Assembly (NCBI RefSeq): GCF_044704955.1
Contig: NC_091983.1
Location: forward strand, 18,042,001 to 18,106,000
DNA length: 64,000 nt
From: Pristiophorus japonicus
Lineage: Eukaryota
Direction: 5' to 3'
Positions 51,717 through 64,000 of this stretch are shown here, one piece after another. Position 1 is the first letter of the stretch, and each line of letters starts with the position of its first letter. Both the position numbers and the translations under genes were made by a program. Below the pieces are notes generated by a model. It saw nothing but the letters and a program-made list of their open reading frames with translations. It had not been told where the DNA came from and searched no databases.

Positions 51717-52361
51717 CGCTGGAAATCTGAACTAAAACTAGAAAATCTTGGCAGTCAGTCAGCATTTGAAAAAGAGAGAAGGTAACATTACAGGTGTACT
51801 AATATTCAGTAAAACTGGCCATATTGTGAGGAATGGTCGGTCACACCTGCCTTTCTCATTCGGACACTAATTAATCTGTATGTGCACTTTCCATTCTTGT
51901 TTGGACGGGGACAGTCTTGATTCCTTTATCCCTGCTCTGTGAAAGGGGTGAGTTGCACCCCCACTGTAACAGTGTAAGAACGGAACCAGTATCTGGAAGC
52001 AGGACAGGCTGTGATGGTCAAGGGTGAGGCATATGCAGACTCCCACTGGCTCAGTATCTCATAGTTTCACACAGTGGACAAGCATCTTAGAACTGTGATT
52101 AAGTATTACACACAGCATTGAGAACAGCATAAAGTAATATTCTCTGAATGAATTCTGCGTGTTAGCTTGTGTGGCATGCAATGCACTTGGGAGAATTTTA
52201 TTTGGATACCCATTTTACTGCAAGTATTCCAATTTTAACTCACTTCAAGAGACTTGTGCATCAGATAAATGGAGAGTTTAGGACTATAACAGTTGCTATC
52301 ATTGACAGCTGCAAGTTAACAGTAACAAATGATTGCACTCTAGTGTTCGGAGATTGTCCTG

Positions 52362-52555
52362 GCCAATATAAATTCCTCAACTAACACCCAAACGGATTGT
52401 CTGGTCATTTATCTCATTGCTAACCGTGCTCGTATTGGCAGCCACATTTACAACATTACATCAGTGACTACACGTCAAAAATTAATTAATTGGCTGCAAA
52501 GCGCCTTGGGATGTTCTGAGGTTGTGAAAGGTGCTATAGAAATGCAAGTCTTTTT
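52362..52555 (+). mobile_element. Deu-domain SINE 3' fragment
   Basis: GTCCTGGCCAATAT...GTGAAAGGTGCTATAGAAATGCAAGTC. Confidence 0.7.
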
Positions 52556-53639
52556 GCCTTTATTGAGGATAGGTCAGAGGGCCAATTGTGGTCTGTGCAC
52601 AAGGTCACAAAACATGACACTGTGTATTAATATAAAGACCAAAACAATGGTTTAGAGTGCATTGCACACTCTATGGTCTCAGCTGAACGATGAGATGCAA
52701 TCTCGTGATAGCTGAAAACTCCCTTCTGTTGCATGACATTGCCTCGAACACACTCCCAACATCATTCGGTTATTTTTTATCAAACATTTTTTTTTAAGTA
52801 TTTCTTTCCTCTTCTACAGGCCGATAGCAAAAAACCATTGTCCTCTGAGATGGCAAGCTGGAGACCTGCTCCCAGTGCCCAAGTTGTACCTGCTCCAAAG
52901 GTGCTGTCGGGAGGGGCACGGGAGCCAGCAGACAGGAAGGGCTACAACGCTTGGTTGTTTAAATGACTTTGTTACTGACTACCCTCCAGTTCCCTTTTCA
53001 AGTGCAGACATTTTTGTGTCCTTCTACGCATGCGCGCGGTTGTTGTCGCCACTTTCTGCGCATGCACGCTGCTACCGAGGGTCCGGCCGCGCGTACGCAG
53101 TACCCCCACGTTGCGGCTGCAGTGCAGCGCGGATCACGCTGTCGCCAGCTCTGTGGGAGTTCTGGATCCCTTCTGGCTGGGGGGGGGGGGGCGCGCGGGG
53201 GAGGGAAGAGAAGATCGAAAGGAGACAGAGAGGGGGAATTGGAGGGAAAGAGGGAATCGGAGGGAGAGAGGGAATCGGAGGGAGAGAGAGCAGGAACTTA
53301 GGCGGGGGGGGGGGGGTGGGCGAAGGAGGTCAGGAACTTGGGCGGTGTGGGCAGGAACTTGTTTGACGGTGGGAGAAGGTCTTAACTCTTGAGAGGGAGC
53401 CTTGTCTGTTCCAAGTGAGCTCTGGTCTGTCTGGAGTCGGTAGTCAGAATGGCTCGAATTACACTTTGCAAAGTCAGATTACGTAGGCTGGGAGCATCTC
53501 ATTACACATTCCAGACAAACCGCTGGGTGTGTCTTGTCCTCCAAGGGGCCCAATCAGCAATCAGGACTTGTCACCCAAGGGGACCAATCAGAGCTTTAGG
53601 TATTGCAAATAAACGCATCCAATAAACACATCGTTGAAA

Positions 53640-54184
53640 GTACTGAATTCAGATCTGGGCACCGCACCTCAGCAAGGATGTGTTGGCTTTGGAGGGAGTA
53701 CAGCGTAGATTCACCAGAATGATATGGAGGGGGTGCAGGGGGGCTAAAAGGGTTAAATTATGAGGACAGGTTGTACAGACAAGGCTTGTATTCCCTTGGA
53801 TATAAAAGTTAAAGGGGTAATCCAATTGAGGTGTTTAAGAGCAGTGATATGTTTACCAAATATCCTTATTGGTGCCAATCACCATGTTCCACAGTTTACA
53901 CAGAATGGGGAAAGTATCACGTATGTTCAATAAGGGCCACCGGTCTTAATTATAGGTGTGCAAAAGAGTGTCTGATGGAGTGGCTATTAAGTTGTGAGGA
54001 CAGGTTGCACTCTCGAGGCTTGTATTCCCTGAAGTATAGAAGATTAAGGGGTGATCTAATAGAGGTGTTTAAGATGATTAAAGGAGTCGATAGGGTAGAT
54101 AGAGAGAAATTATTTCCTCAGGTGGGGGATTCCAGAACAAAGGGGCATAACCTTAAAATGAGAGCCAGGCCGTTCATGGGATGA
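53640..54184 (+). mobile_element. Two overlapping-region CR1 C-terminal fragments (about 53640-53840 and 53990-54184)
   Basis: GVQRRFTRMI and EDRLHSRGLYSLKYRRLRGDLIEVFKMIKG. Confidence 0.7.
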
Positions 54185-55620
54185 TTGTGGAGAAATAAAA
54201 CTGTCTCACTGAGATGTTATGAATTCATGCTCTTGCCTCAGAACTTTGTTGATGGGGGCAGCAGTTGGAAACTTGGATGGGGAAGTCAGGAGGCCTTGCA
54301 GGATCTTCCATGATCTGAGTCGGAAAGCTACCAGTGGAATCTTGGGGGGAGTTGGCCCTCACCTAAATGACCAATTTACCTACAGGGGCATCATGCTCCG
54401 TGCTGCGAATGAAAATTTGTAAAATCTACCCTGTCATTCATAGGTATATAGGGCCAGGTTTAGCTGTCAAAATAACAGTGAGGCTAATGGCGCTCCCCGT
54501 TATTTATATGTAAATGCTACAGCAACTTCAGGTGAGGAGCAGATGCTTGGCTAAATGCCAATAAAAGTTTCTATCCGAGTTGTGCCACTCCACCATTAGC
54601 TTCGTGAAACGGCATTTCGCTGTCTACCTCACCAATGACATGCATTGAATGTCATGGAGCTGCTGTGTTTGTGCCTTGGATATGAACTAAACCCGCAGCA
54701 GATATTTAGGGCTGGTAATTACAAGCGTAAGTATCCATTAAATGACGTGATGTGTTAATTACTGCCAATCAACCTCTCTGGCACTGAAAATTAATCAGTA
54801 CAAGAGTGGAGTCCCAGCCTTCAGGTTCTGAATTTTCAGGGAGATTTTAAAAATATCAAATTAAAATTTTTTTTTGCTTTTATACTCCAATCTTTCTGCC
54901 CCTCTTTCCTGTACCTGATTTGCCATTGAACTCACCCCCTTTAATTCATCTTCCTTCTCAGTCCTTCAATCTGATTGGTTAAGGAGATACCCTGTTGGTT
55001 TCCCTGCTCACTCAGGTCTCCGATGCTCTGTTTCCCTCGCCACGCCGTTTTCAGCTCATAATTTCATCAACTTAGTGGGCAAAAATGTTTTGAGCTGAAG
55101 GGTGCAGGGGCAAGTCTAACTAACGGCAGACACGATTAGATGCCCTGCTACTGCAAAGCCTGGTCCAAGATATAATTTTGCAATAAAATAATAACCTGGT
55201 CTATTTTTGTTCTGTAAGATGAGGTGTCCTTTGAGGCATAGATCAGCAATTCTTCCGTCACTGAAAGCAATGGAAATGCGAAGACACATAGGAAAGTCAT
55301 CTTGAGATTTACCGCTCCCTTGCGCTCTGCTTGATTTGTCAATAAAAGGGTGGGGAGAGAGTGGTTTGAAAGGGCTGTGCGATCCAACTATCTCATCTGT
55401 AGCCTGCTAACACAGGCCCTATTTTAACTTCACCCACCCGACGAGAACGGAGTGGGTTTGAGTTGGACGCCTGCTCTTCGGCTGCACTGAAGACAACGAA
55501 GTATAAAATGGGGCGGGGTGTAAAATGGCCGTTTGACCCGAACCCGCCCTACCCTGCGGCGGGTCCGGGTAACATCCCGGCTGATGTAGCAGAACAATAA
55601 AGAAAGAAATCAACGCTAAC

Positions 55621-55716
55621 CATGATCCGGGCATGACCATTTGGAAAAGTACCAGTGGCATCCCCAGCTATCGGATCCTGGCAGTTCCTCAGCCGGCATC
55701 GAACAGCATCTTGAAC
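55621..55716 (-). CDS. ADGRB3: ADGRB3/BAI3 96-bp exon immediately after TM7
   Basis: gaacag|GTTCAA...ATCATG|gttagc encodes VQDAVRCRLRNCQDPIAGDATGTFPNGHARIM, matching BAI3 VQDAFRCRLRNCQDPI...FPNGHAQIM. Confidence 0.93.
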
Positions 55717-55828
55717 CTGTTCCAACAGAAAGATATCAGTAAGTAAGTTGATGAAACTCAGCAACTAACAATGAACGCATATACAACTTGCAGGAATTTT
55801 ACAATTGGTCATACTTCTAATTGTTTTA

Positions 55829-56098
55829 CATCATCATCACAGGCAGTTCCTCGGAGTCGAGGAAGACTTGCTTCCACTCTAAACTGAGTTCTTATGTGGC
55901 TGTACAGTCCAATATGAGAAGCACAGTCCCTGTCACAGGTGGAACAGATAGTCGTTGAGGGAAGGGGTGGGTGGGACTGGTTTGCCGCACGCTCTTTCCG
56001 CTGCCTGCGCTTGATCTCTGCATGCGCTCAGCGACGAGACTCGAGGTGCTCAGTGCTCTCCCGGATGCACTTCCTCCACTTAGGGCGGTCTTTGGCCC
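55829..56098 (-). mobile_element. RTE LINE 3' end
   Basis: Reverse complement is homologous to 26350-26618, with a (CAT)n tail at 55829-55839. Confidence 0.85.
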
Positions 56099-56285
56099 TA
56101 CTCCCAGGTGCCCAGCATTGAAGCATTTGAATTGTTTTACATCCAACATCATAGACAGCACAAAATATGGGTTACACGTTGCACCATTATGTCGGTCTAT
56201 GGTCTGCAAGAATATCAGTGACAGTATGGCTTATATCATCAGTATATTTCCTCACTTAAGTTTTATCAATTTAAAGCCGCAACTA

Positions 56286-56405
56286 AGGAATGGGGTACTG
56301 AAGTTGCATGTTCAGCCATGAACTCATTGAATGGCTGTGCAGGCTAGAAGGGCCGAACGGCCTACTCCTGCACCTATTTTCTATGTCTATGTTTCTATGT
56401 CTATG
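56286..56405 (+). mobile_element. CR1 LINE 3' terminal fragment
   Basis: Reverse-complement match to 2602-2712, with a CTATGT-type tail. Confidence 0.85.
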
Positions 56406-56409
56406 CCTA

Positions 56410-56780
56410 TATAGGAACAGGAGGAGGCCATTCAGCCCCTCGAGCCTGTTACGCCATTCAATAAGACCATGACTGATCTGTATCTTAACTCTATTGATCC
56501 GCCTTGGTTCCATAACCCTTAATACCCTTGCCGAACAAAAATATATCAATCTCAGTTTTTAAATTTTAAATTGCCCCCCCACCCCCCGGCCTCAACAGCT
56601 GCTTGGGGGTGAGGGTTCCAGATTTCCACTACCCTCTGTGTGAAGAAGTGCTTCCTGACATCATCCCTCATTGCCCACCTCTAATTTTAAGCTGATGGTT
56701 TCTTGTTCTGGACCCTATACACCAGAGTCTCCGTCTATCCACCCTATTACATCCTTTAATCGCCTCAAGCACCCTCATTA
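56410..56780 (-). mobile_element. Diverged CR1 3' end, tail-to-tail with the previous element
   Basis: GGAACAGGAGGAGGCCATTCAGCCCCTCGAGCCTG...TTCCACTACCCTCTGTGTGAAGAAG. Confidence 0.7.
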
Positions 56781-57280
56781 AACAATCAAGTTTAGTTCTT
56801 TCCTTGGAAATTAGCAGCCATGACCTCCTTTTTCTGACAAGGGTATAAACCTTCTCTCCTCTTTTCTATTCTATTTTCATTGATGTTGCCTGATCTCCAA
56901 GACCATGCACTAACTTAATAGCTCTCAAACATTTTTCGTTGCAGGACCTTGTTCAAACCGATTAGCCATCATGGTCCCCCATCGAAATTAAAATACTGTC
57001 TAATACTTAAAATATGAAAGTGCTGCATGAAAAGAGTGTTTTAATAATGCTTTTAAGAAAACAGGCATTTATTTAGTTATCCGAGGGATGGGCGTGCCTG
57101 CTTCTCACTGAAGAGTGTGTCTACCTTTGGTGTGATGTTTGACAGCGTATTTCGAAGCCTCCTTTTGCTAACATCTCTTTATCCCTCCAGTCAGCCAGAT
57201 GTCCCTTGAGCTCCTCCACTGGCTCCATGGTTAAATACACTCACAGGTGTGAGAGTCTTCACAGGGCAGGATGGTCTCAG

Positions 57281-57868
57281 CGAGCGAAATTCCCGTTGTG
57301 CTCCTCCCACTAGGTGCCCTCGGGGGGCGCTAATGGGCCGCGAAAATGTTTCTGCCTGGGAGGGGGCACGGCCGGCTCCTGCGGAATTGCGCGGGTGTTC
57401 GAGGAAGTGTGAAAGCAGCAGCGCTGGCCGCTGCGCCTTCCGGCGACCCCTTTTCACCCCGCGGCAAAAACTGCCTGGCGGGTGGCGAACCGGGCCGCAC
57501 ACCGATCGCGGGGCGAAACTTAAAGGGGTGGTTCGCACTGCCACTTTCTCCCTGCCGCTCCTTTTCTCCGCTTCCCCGGTGCCCGAGTGGAGGCCTATCA
57601 AAAGGCCTGCAGAGTTCGCGGCGCTCCTCCCTTTGAATGCAAGGGGAGGGCCCGCAGAACGCGTTGGCACTAGGCGGAGAGGCCGTGTAGCGCTCTGAAG
57701 CTCGCCCAGGTAGCGGCCCCGAGAGCGCGCGATGTTGCGCTCCACTTCCTGTCAGGGGTGGTGCAAGCCCAATTTCGCTTCCGGGGCGGGACCTCTGTGT
57801 TGGGCACAGAATGTCCGTCCTCGGGAAAGGTTACCGCCCCAAATGGGGCGATACCGCTATTTCGGCCA
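57281..57868. mobile_element. CpG-rich non-autonomous TIR element
   Basis: Core at 57609-57652 is the reverse complement of the 20340-20380 core. The end GTTACCGCCCCAAATGGGGCG resembles 7020-7040. Confidence 0.5.
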
Positions 57869-57990
57869 CCCTGGCTTCCAATGACATGACTGGCATCAAA
57901 GAGTGTGGGGGAGAACTACAATTGCTGTCAGCTCCTTGCCCGAAGAACAGAAAACTGAAAGGGGCCAAATTGCCCAGTCCTGATTACTAC

Positions 57991-60925
57991 CATAAGAACA
58001 TAAGAATTAGGAACAGGAGTAGGCCATCTAGCCCCTCGAGCCTGCTCTACCATTCAACAAGATCATGGCTGATCTGGCCGTGGACTCAGCTCCACTTACC
58101 CGCCCGCTCCCCATAACCCTTAATTCCCTTATTGGTTAAAAATCTATCTATCTGTGATTTGAATGAATTCAATGAGCTAGCCTCAACTGCTTCTTTGGGC
58201 AGAGAATTTCACAGATTCACAACCCTCTGGGAGAAGAAATACCTTCTCAACTCGGTTTGAAATTGGCTCCCCGTATTTTGAGGCTGTGCCCCCGAGTTCT
58301 AGTCTCCCCGACCACTAGTCTCCCCGACCAGTGGAAACAACCTCTCTGCCTCTATCTTGTCTATCCCTTTCATTATTTTAAATGTTTCTGTAAGATTACC
58401 CCTCATCCTTCTGAATTCCAACGAGTCAAGACCCAGTCTACTCAATTTATCATCATAAGGTAACCCCCTCATCTCCGGAATCAGCCTTGTGAATCGTTTC
58501 TGTACCCCCTCCAAAGCTAGTATATCCTTCCTTAAGTAAGGTGACCAAATCCGCGCAATACTCCAGGTGCGGCCTCACCAATACCCTGTACAGTTGCAGC
58601 AGGACCTCCCTGCTTTTGTACTCCATCCCTCTCGCAATGAAGGCCAACATTCCATTCGCCTTCCTGATTACCTGCTGCACCTGCAAACTAAATTTTTGGG
58701 ATTCATGCACAAGGACCCCCAGGTCCCTCTGCAATGCATCATGTTGTAATTTCTCCCCATTCAAATAATATTTCCTTTTACTGTTTTTTTTCCCCAAGGT
58801 GGATGACCTCACATTTTCCGACATTGTATTCCATCTGCCAAACCTTAGCCCATTCGCTTAACCTATCTAAATCTCTGCAGCCTCTCTGTGTCCTCGACAC
58901 AACCCGCTTTCCTACTAATCTTTGTGCCATCTACAAATTTTGTTACACTACACTCTGTCCCCTCTTCCAGGTCATCTATGTATATTGTAAACAGTTGTGG
59001 TCCCAGCACCGATCCCTGTGGCACACCACTAACCACCGATTTCCAACCCAAAAAGGACCCATTTATCCCGACTCTCTGCTTTCTGTTCGCCAGCCAATTC
59101 TCTATCCATGCTAATATATTTCCTCTGACTCCGTGTACCTTTATCTTCTGCAGTAACCTTTTGTGTGGCACCTTATCGAATGCCTTTTGGAAATCTAAAT
59201 ACACCACATCCATCGGTACACCTCTATTCACCATGCTCTTTATATCCTCAAAGAATTTCAGTAAATTAGTTACACATGATTTCCCCTTCATGAATCCATG
59301 TTGCGTCTGCTTGATTGCACTATTCCTATCTAGATGTCCTGCTATTTCTTCCTTAATGATAGCTTCAAGCATTTTCCCCACTACAGATGTTAAACTAACT
59401 GGCCTATAGTTACTTGCCTTTTGTCTACCCACTTTTTTAAACAGAGGCATTACATTAGCTGCTTTCCAATCCGATGGTACCTCCCCAGAGTCCAGAGAAT
59501 TTTGGTAGATTATAATGAATGCATCTGCTATAACTTCCGCCATCTCTTTTAATACCCTAGGATGCATTTCATCAGGACCAGGGGACTGTTCTACCTTGAG
59601 TCCCATTAGCCTGTACAGCACTACCCCGCTAGTGATAGTGATTGTCTCAAGGTCCTCCCTTCCCACATTCCTGTGACCAGCAATTTTTGGCATGGTGTTT
59701 GTGTCTTCCACTGTGAAGACCGAAGCAAAATAATTGTTTACGGTCTCAGCCATTTCCACATTTCCCATTATTAAATCCCCCTTCTCATCTTCTAAGGGAC
59801 CAACATTTACTTGAGTCACAATTTTCCATTTTATATATCGGTAAAAGCTTTTACTATCTGTTTTTATGTTTTGCGCAAGTTTACTTTCGTAATCTATCTT
59901 TCCTTTCTTTATTGCTTTCTTAGTCATTCTTTGCTGTCGTTTAAAATTTTCCCAATCTTCTAGTTTCTCACTAACCTTGGCCACCTTATACGCATTGGTT
60001 TTTAATTTGATACTCTCCTTTATTTCCTTGTTTATCCACGGCTGGTTATCCCTTTTCTTACCGCCCTTCTTTTTCACTGGAATATATTTTTGTTGCGCAC
60101 TATGAAAGAGCTCCTTAAAAGTCCTCCACTGTTCCTCAATTGTGCTACTGTTTAATCTGTGTTCCCAGTCTACTTTAGCCAATTCTGCCCTCATCCCACT
60201 GTAGTCCCCTTTGTTTAAGCATAGTACGCTCGTTTGAGACACTACTTCCTCACCCTCAATCTGCATTACAAATTCAACCATACTGTGATCACTCATTCCG
60301 AGAGGATCTTTTACGAGGAGATCGTTTATTATTCCTGTCTCATTACGCAGGACCAGATCTAAGATAGCTTGCTCCCTTGTAGGTTCTGTAACATACTGTT
60401 CTAAGAAACAATTCCATATGCATTCTATGAATTCCTCCTCAAGGCTACCCCGTGCGATTTGATCAATCGATATGTAGGTTAAAATCCCCCATGTTTACTG
60501 CCGTTCCTTTTTCACATGCCTACATTATTCCCCTGATTATTGTCCGCCCCACCGTGAAATTATTATTTGGGGGCCTATAAACTATGCCCACCAGTGACTT
60601 TTTCCCCTTACTATCTCTAATCTCCACTCACAATGATCCACCCACATTTTGTTCATTAGAGCCAATATCGTCTCTCACAACTGCACTGATATCATCCTTC
60701 ATTAACAGAGCCACCCCACCTCCTTTCCCTTCTTGTCTATCTTTCCGAATTGTCAGATATCCCTGTATGTTTAATTCCCAGTCTTGGCCACCCTGCAACC
60801 ATGTTTCTGTAATGGGCAGCAAATCATACCCATGATTTGTGCCGTCAACTCATTTACTTTGTTTCGAATGCTGCATGCGTTTAGGTAAAGTGTTTTAATT
60901 CTAGTTTTTAAACCATGATTTTTAG
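57991..60925 (-). mobile_element. CR1 LINE with nearly full-length but disrupted ORF2 (APE endonuclease plus RT)
   Basis: N-terminal LYLNACSIRNK..ITETWL..GGGVAL, SDH motif, a 477-aa segment with YLDFQKAFD and [10 protein letters not shown], frameshifts and a (CATAAGAA)n tail. Confidence 0.93.
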
Positions 60926-61989
60926 TTTTGTCTTATCTTATCCCAAGACTCCTGCTGGAAATGTGCTTGTGTGGACACTGACGAGGACAAGATCAGCTCA
61001 GCTGTCAAGAGCATACCAATACTTGATATCCAGGGTCACACAAAGAATGGACACATGAACTAGGTACCACGGGGCAGGCAGCATCCTATACCAAGACAAC
61101 TTAGTGGCTTCAGGTCAGGAAGGGACAAAATCTGGTAAAAATCTAAATCCACCTTGTTATTCCTTCATGTTTCATTTCAGCAGGCCCCCATTTACGACTC
61201 CGTGTCTAGTTAGAAGAATTTGTGTCCCCTATCCCTGAGACCGCTATGGTTCTATTTAGCTTGGTCCCCCTTTAGAGAGATGCCGGCACTCACTTCTAAA
61301 TGCTTGGATTCGCCCGTCCCCCCAAAAAACTGTTTAATATCTCTGAAAAAAAGCCATTCCAGCAAATCAGAGATATCAATTCACATGCATAAAATTGCAT
61401 TCCACGGTTTGTTTATTTCTGCTTGCTCAACTTGAAATCGAAGTAGCTGATTCACCAATTTGAGCAGGCCGCTCCTCAATGGATCAAGATTAATTGTGTC
61501 AATTTTATCCAGGACTCAGTGAGGCGGGTTGGTTCGTAATTATGTTTGGATGCTCGGGATGATTCAAATTTTATTTAATGCGATCTGAAGGCCTGCCCAT
61601 GCTGCGATTACTAGCCGAGTTTACACTCTCGCGCAGAGCTAGGGGTGATTTTGCTGCTGTATTTATCCTCCTTCCTTCAGCTTCGGGATAGGTACACTCG
61701 ATGTAGTTTCTGTGGCCAGCTCCTCGCTACATAATCCCCGCCCTGCCACTTGCTAACCTACCGATTCGCCATTCAACATCCACAGGCTTCCTAGGTCCGT
61801 CCGTCTTGCAGGCCCGAAGCCTGTGGCTGGATTAGTTGAGGGGGCCTAGCTGTTGACTCACTGCAGCCGGGTGTCCCTCAGTAGATTCTTCCGCAACCCC
61901 CCCCCCCCCCCAACCCCGCCACTGAAAAGGCAGACACGTCACACAAATGAATCAAGTAGGTTACCTTCACACGCTAGAAGGTAGGTTGA

Positions 61990-62440
61990 TGCTCCATCTG
62001 TGGCTCAGTGGGTAGCACGCTTGCCTCTGAGTCAGAAGATTGTGGGTTCAAGTCCCACTCCAGGGACTTGAGCACATAAATCTAGGGTGACACTCCAAGT
62101 TCAGTACTGAGGGAGCGCTGCACTGTCGGAGGTGCCGTCTTTCGGTTGAGACGTTAAACCGAGGCCCCGTCTGCTCTCTCAGGTGGACGTAAAAGAACCC
62201 ATCGCACTATTTCGAAGAGGAGCAGGGGAGTTATCCCCGGTGTCCTGGCCAAAATTTATCCCTCAATCAACATAACAAAAACTAGTTATCTGGTCATTAA
62301 CATATTGCTGTTTGTGGGAGTTTGCTGTGCGCAAATTGGCTGCCATGTTTCCCATTCCAAAAGTACTTCATTGGCTGTAAAGCGGTTTGAGACGTCTGGT
62401 GGTCGTGAAAGGTGCAATAGAAATGCAAGTCAGTCTTTCT
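61990..62440 (+). mobile_element. Near full-length tRNA-derived Deu-domain SINE (SacSINE1-like)
   Basis: Pol III A box TGGCTCAGTGG (62001-62011), B box GGTTCAAGTCC (62045-62055), central Deu-like domain and an L2-like 3' tail. Confidence 0.85.
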
Positions 62441-62899
62441 TACTCCGCCCCAACCTACCTTCACACGCGGGAGGTCCCGCCTTCACCACGCACCAATTGG
62501 ACAATACCCATTCGTATCGTTCAAAATAAACCACCCACAAAGCCGCTGATTGGATAACAGAACGGTCAATCAGCCCCCGGCTTCAGGGAATATCTGTTTA
62601 GTTGGCGTCAACAGTAGATGCCACAATCGGTAAGTGAGGCACGAGGAGGGGTAAAAATACTTAAACCTAACAACTGTGCTTTTCGAAGCCAAACTGATAT
62701 GCAATCTGTAAGCAAACCATTTTGCACTAACCATTTAAAGGAGGGGGCAGATAGAAGGACAATTGGTCAATGACTCGCTGACCCTTTGGAATGTCTCCAC
62801 GGATCCCCAGGGGTCCGCAGATCCCAGTTTAAGAACCATTGCACTAATCGCAGCAGAGAGAATGGACCAACAATCTGTTTACAGTGCCATGGTATCTTT

Positions 62900-64000
62900 T
62901 AAGAACATGCGAAATAGGAGCAGGAGTAGGCCATTTGGTCCCTCGAGCCTGCTCCGCCTTTCAATAAGTTCATGGCTGATATGATCCTGGCCTCAACTCC
63001 ACTTCTCTGCCCACTCCCCATAACTCTTGACTCCCTTATCATTCAAAAATCTGTCTATCTCCACCTTAAATATATTCAATGACCCAGCCTCCACAGCTCT
63101 CTGGGGCAGAGAATTTCAAAGATTCACAACCCTCTGAGAGAAGAAATTCCTCCTCATTTCCATTTCAAAAGGGTGAACCCTTATTCTGAAACAATGCCCC
63201 CTAGTTCCAGATTCCCCCACGAGGGGAAACATCCTCTCCGCATCTACTCTGTCAAGCCCCCTCAGAATCTTATACGTTTCAATAAGATCACCTCTCATTC
63301 TTCTAAACTCCAATGAGTATAGGCCCAACCTGTTCAACCTTTCTTCATAAGACAACCCATTTATTTTCAGGAATCAACCCCGTCAACCTTCTCTGAACTG
63401 CCTCCGATGCAAGTATATCCTTCCTTAAATACAAGACCAAAACTGTATGCAGTACTTCAGGTGTGGTCTCACCAATGCCCTGTACAGTTGTACCAGGACT
63501 TCCCTACTTATATATTCCATCCCCCTTGCAATAAAGGCCAACATTCCATTTGCTTTCCTAATTACTTGCTGTATCTGCATGCTAACTTTTTGTCTTTCAT
63601 GTAAAGAACCCCCAGATCCCTCTGTACCTCAGCATTTTGTAATCTCTCCCCATTTGAATAATAATTAGCTTTTTTATTTTTCCTAACAAAGTGGATAACC
63701 TCACATTTTCCCACTATATACTCCATCTGCCAAATTTTTGTCCACTCACTTAGCCTGACTATATCCCTTTGCGTCCTCCACACAACTTGCTTTCCCACCT
63801 ATCTTTGTATCCTCAGCAAATTTGGCTACATTACACTCGGTCCCTTCATCCAAGTCATTAATATAGATTGTAAATAGTTGAGGCCCCAGCACTGACCCCT
63901 ATGACACCCCACTAGATAGTGTTTGCCAACCGGAAAATGACCTATTTATCCCGATTCTTTGTTTTCTGTTAGTTAGCCAATCCTCTATCCATGCTAATAT
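62900..64000 (-). mobile_element. CR1 LINE 3' portion (runs off the window end)
   Basis: SYEERLNRLGLYSLEFRRMRGDLIETYKIL and WQMEY..KCEVIHF on the minus strand. Confidence 0.92.

Noticed and set aside
61995-62065. tRNA gene
   Set aside because: The tRNA-like A/B boxes are the head of a SINE that continues into the Deu domain, and no convincing acceptor stem is present.
55717-64000. Upstream ADGRB3 TM7 exon
   Set aside because: I looked for a ..VHCILRRE-type exon by eye and did not find one. It probably lies beyond the window.

Overview
Eukaryotic (vertebrate) genomic DNA, most likely from a cartilaginous fish; this is inferred from the repeat landscape of CR1 LINEs, Deu-domain tRNA-SINEs, RTE, L2 and Tx1 elements. 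The only host gene I can support is ADGRB3 (BAI3, an adhesion GPCR) on the minus strand. Three consecutive exons of its intracellular tail lie at 55621-55716, 35209-35248 and 1240-1886. All have canonical AG/GT sites and splice in frame; the introns are 20.4 kb and 33.3 kb. The rest is intron, packed with decayed and often nested retroelements, CpG-rich MITE-like elements and tandem repeats. Most ORF-track entries are LINE remnants, their antisense shadows or repeat artefacts. I found no CRISPR array, operon or new protein-coding system. The most unusual structures are: an 8.1-kb G-rich 27-28-bp minisatellite with two higher-order duplications, fused to an internally deleted RTE-derived element; a perfect 131-bp inverted duplication of local DNA joined to a truncated CR1; a tail-to-tail Tx1 pair with an apparent TTG target preference; and a Harbinger-type Myb/SANT gene fragment alongside a family of CpG-rich inverted-repeat elements. 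Family and gene assignments come from motif recognition, not database searches.
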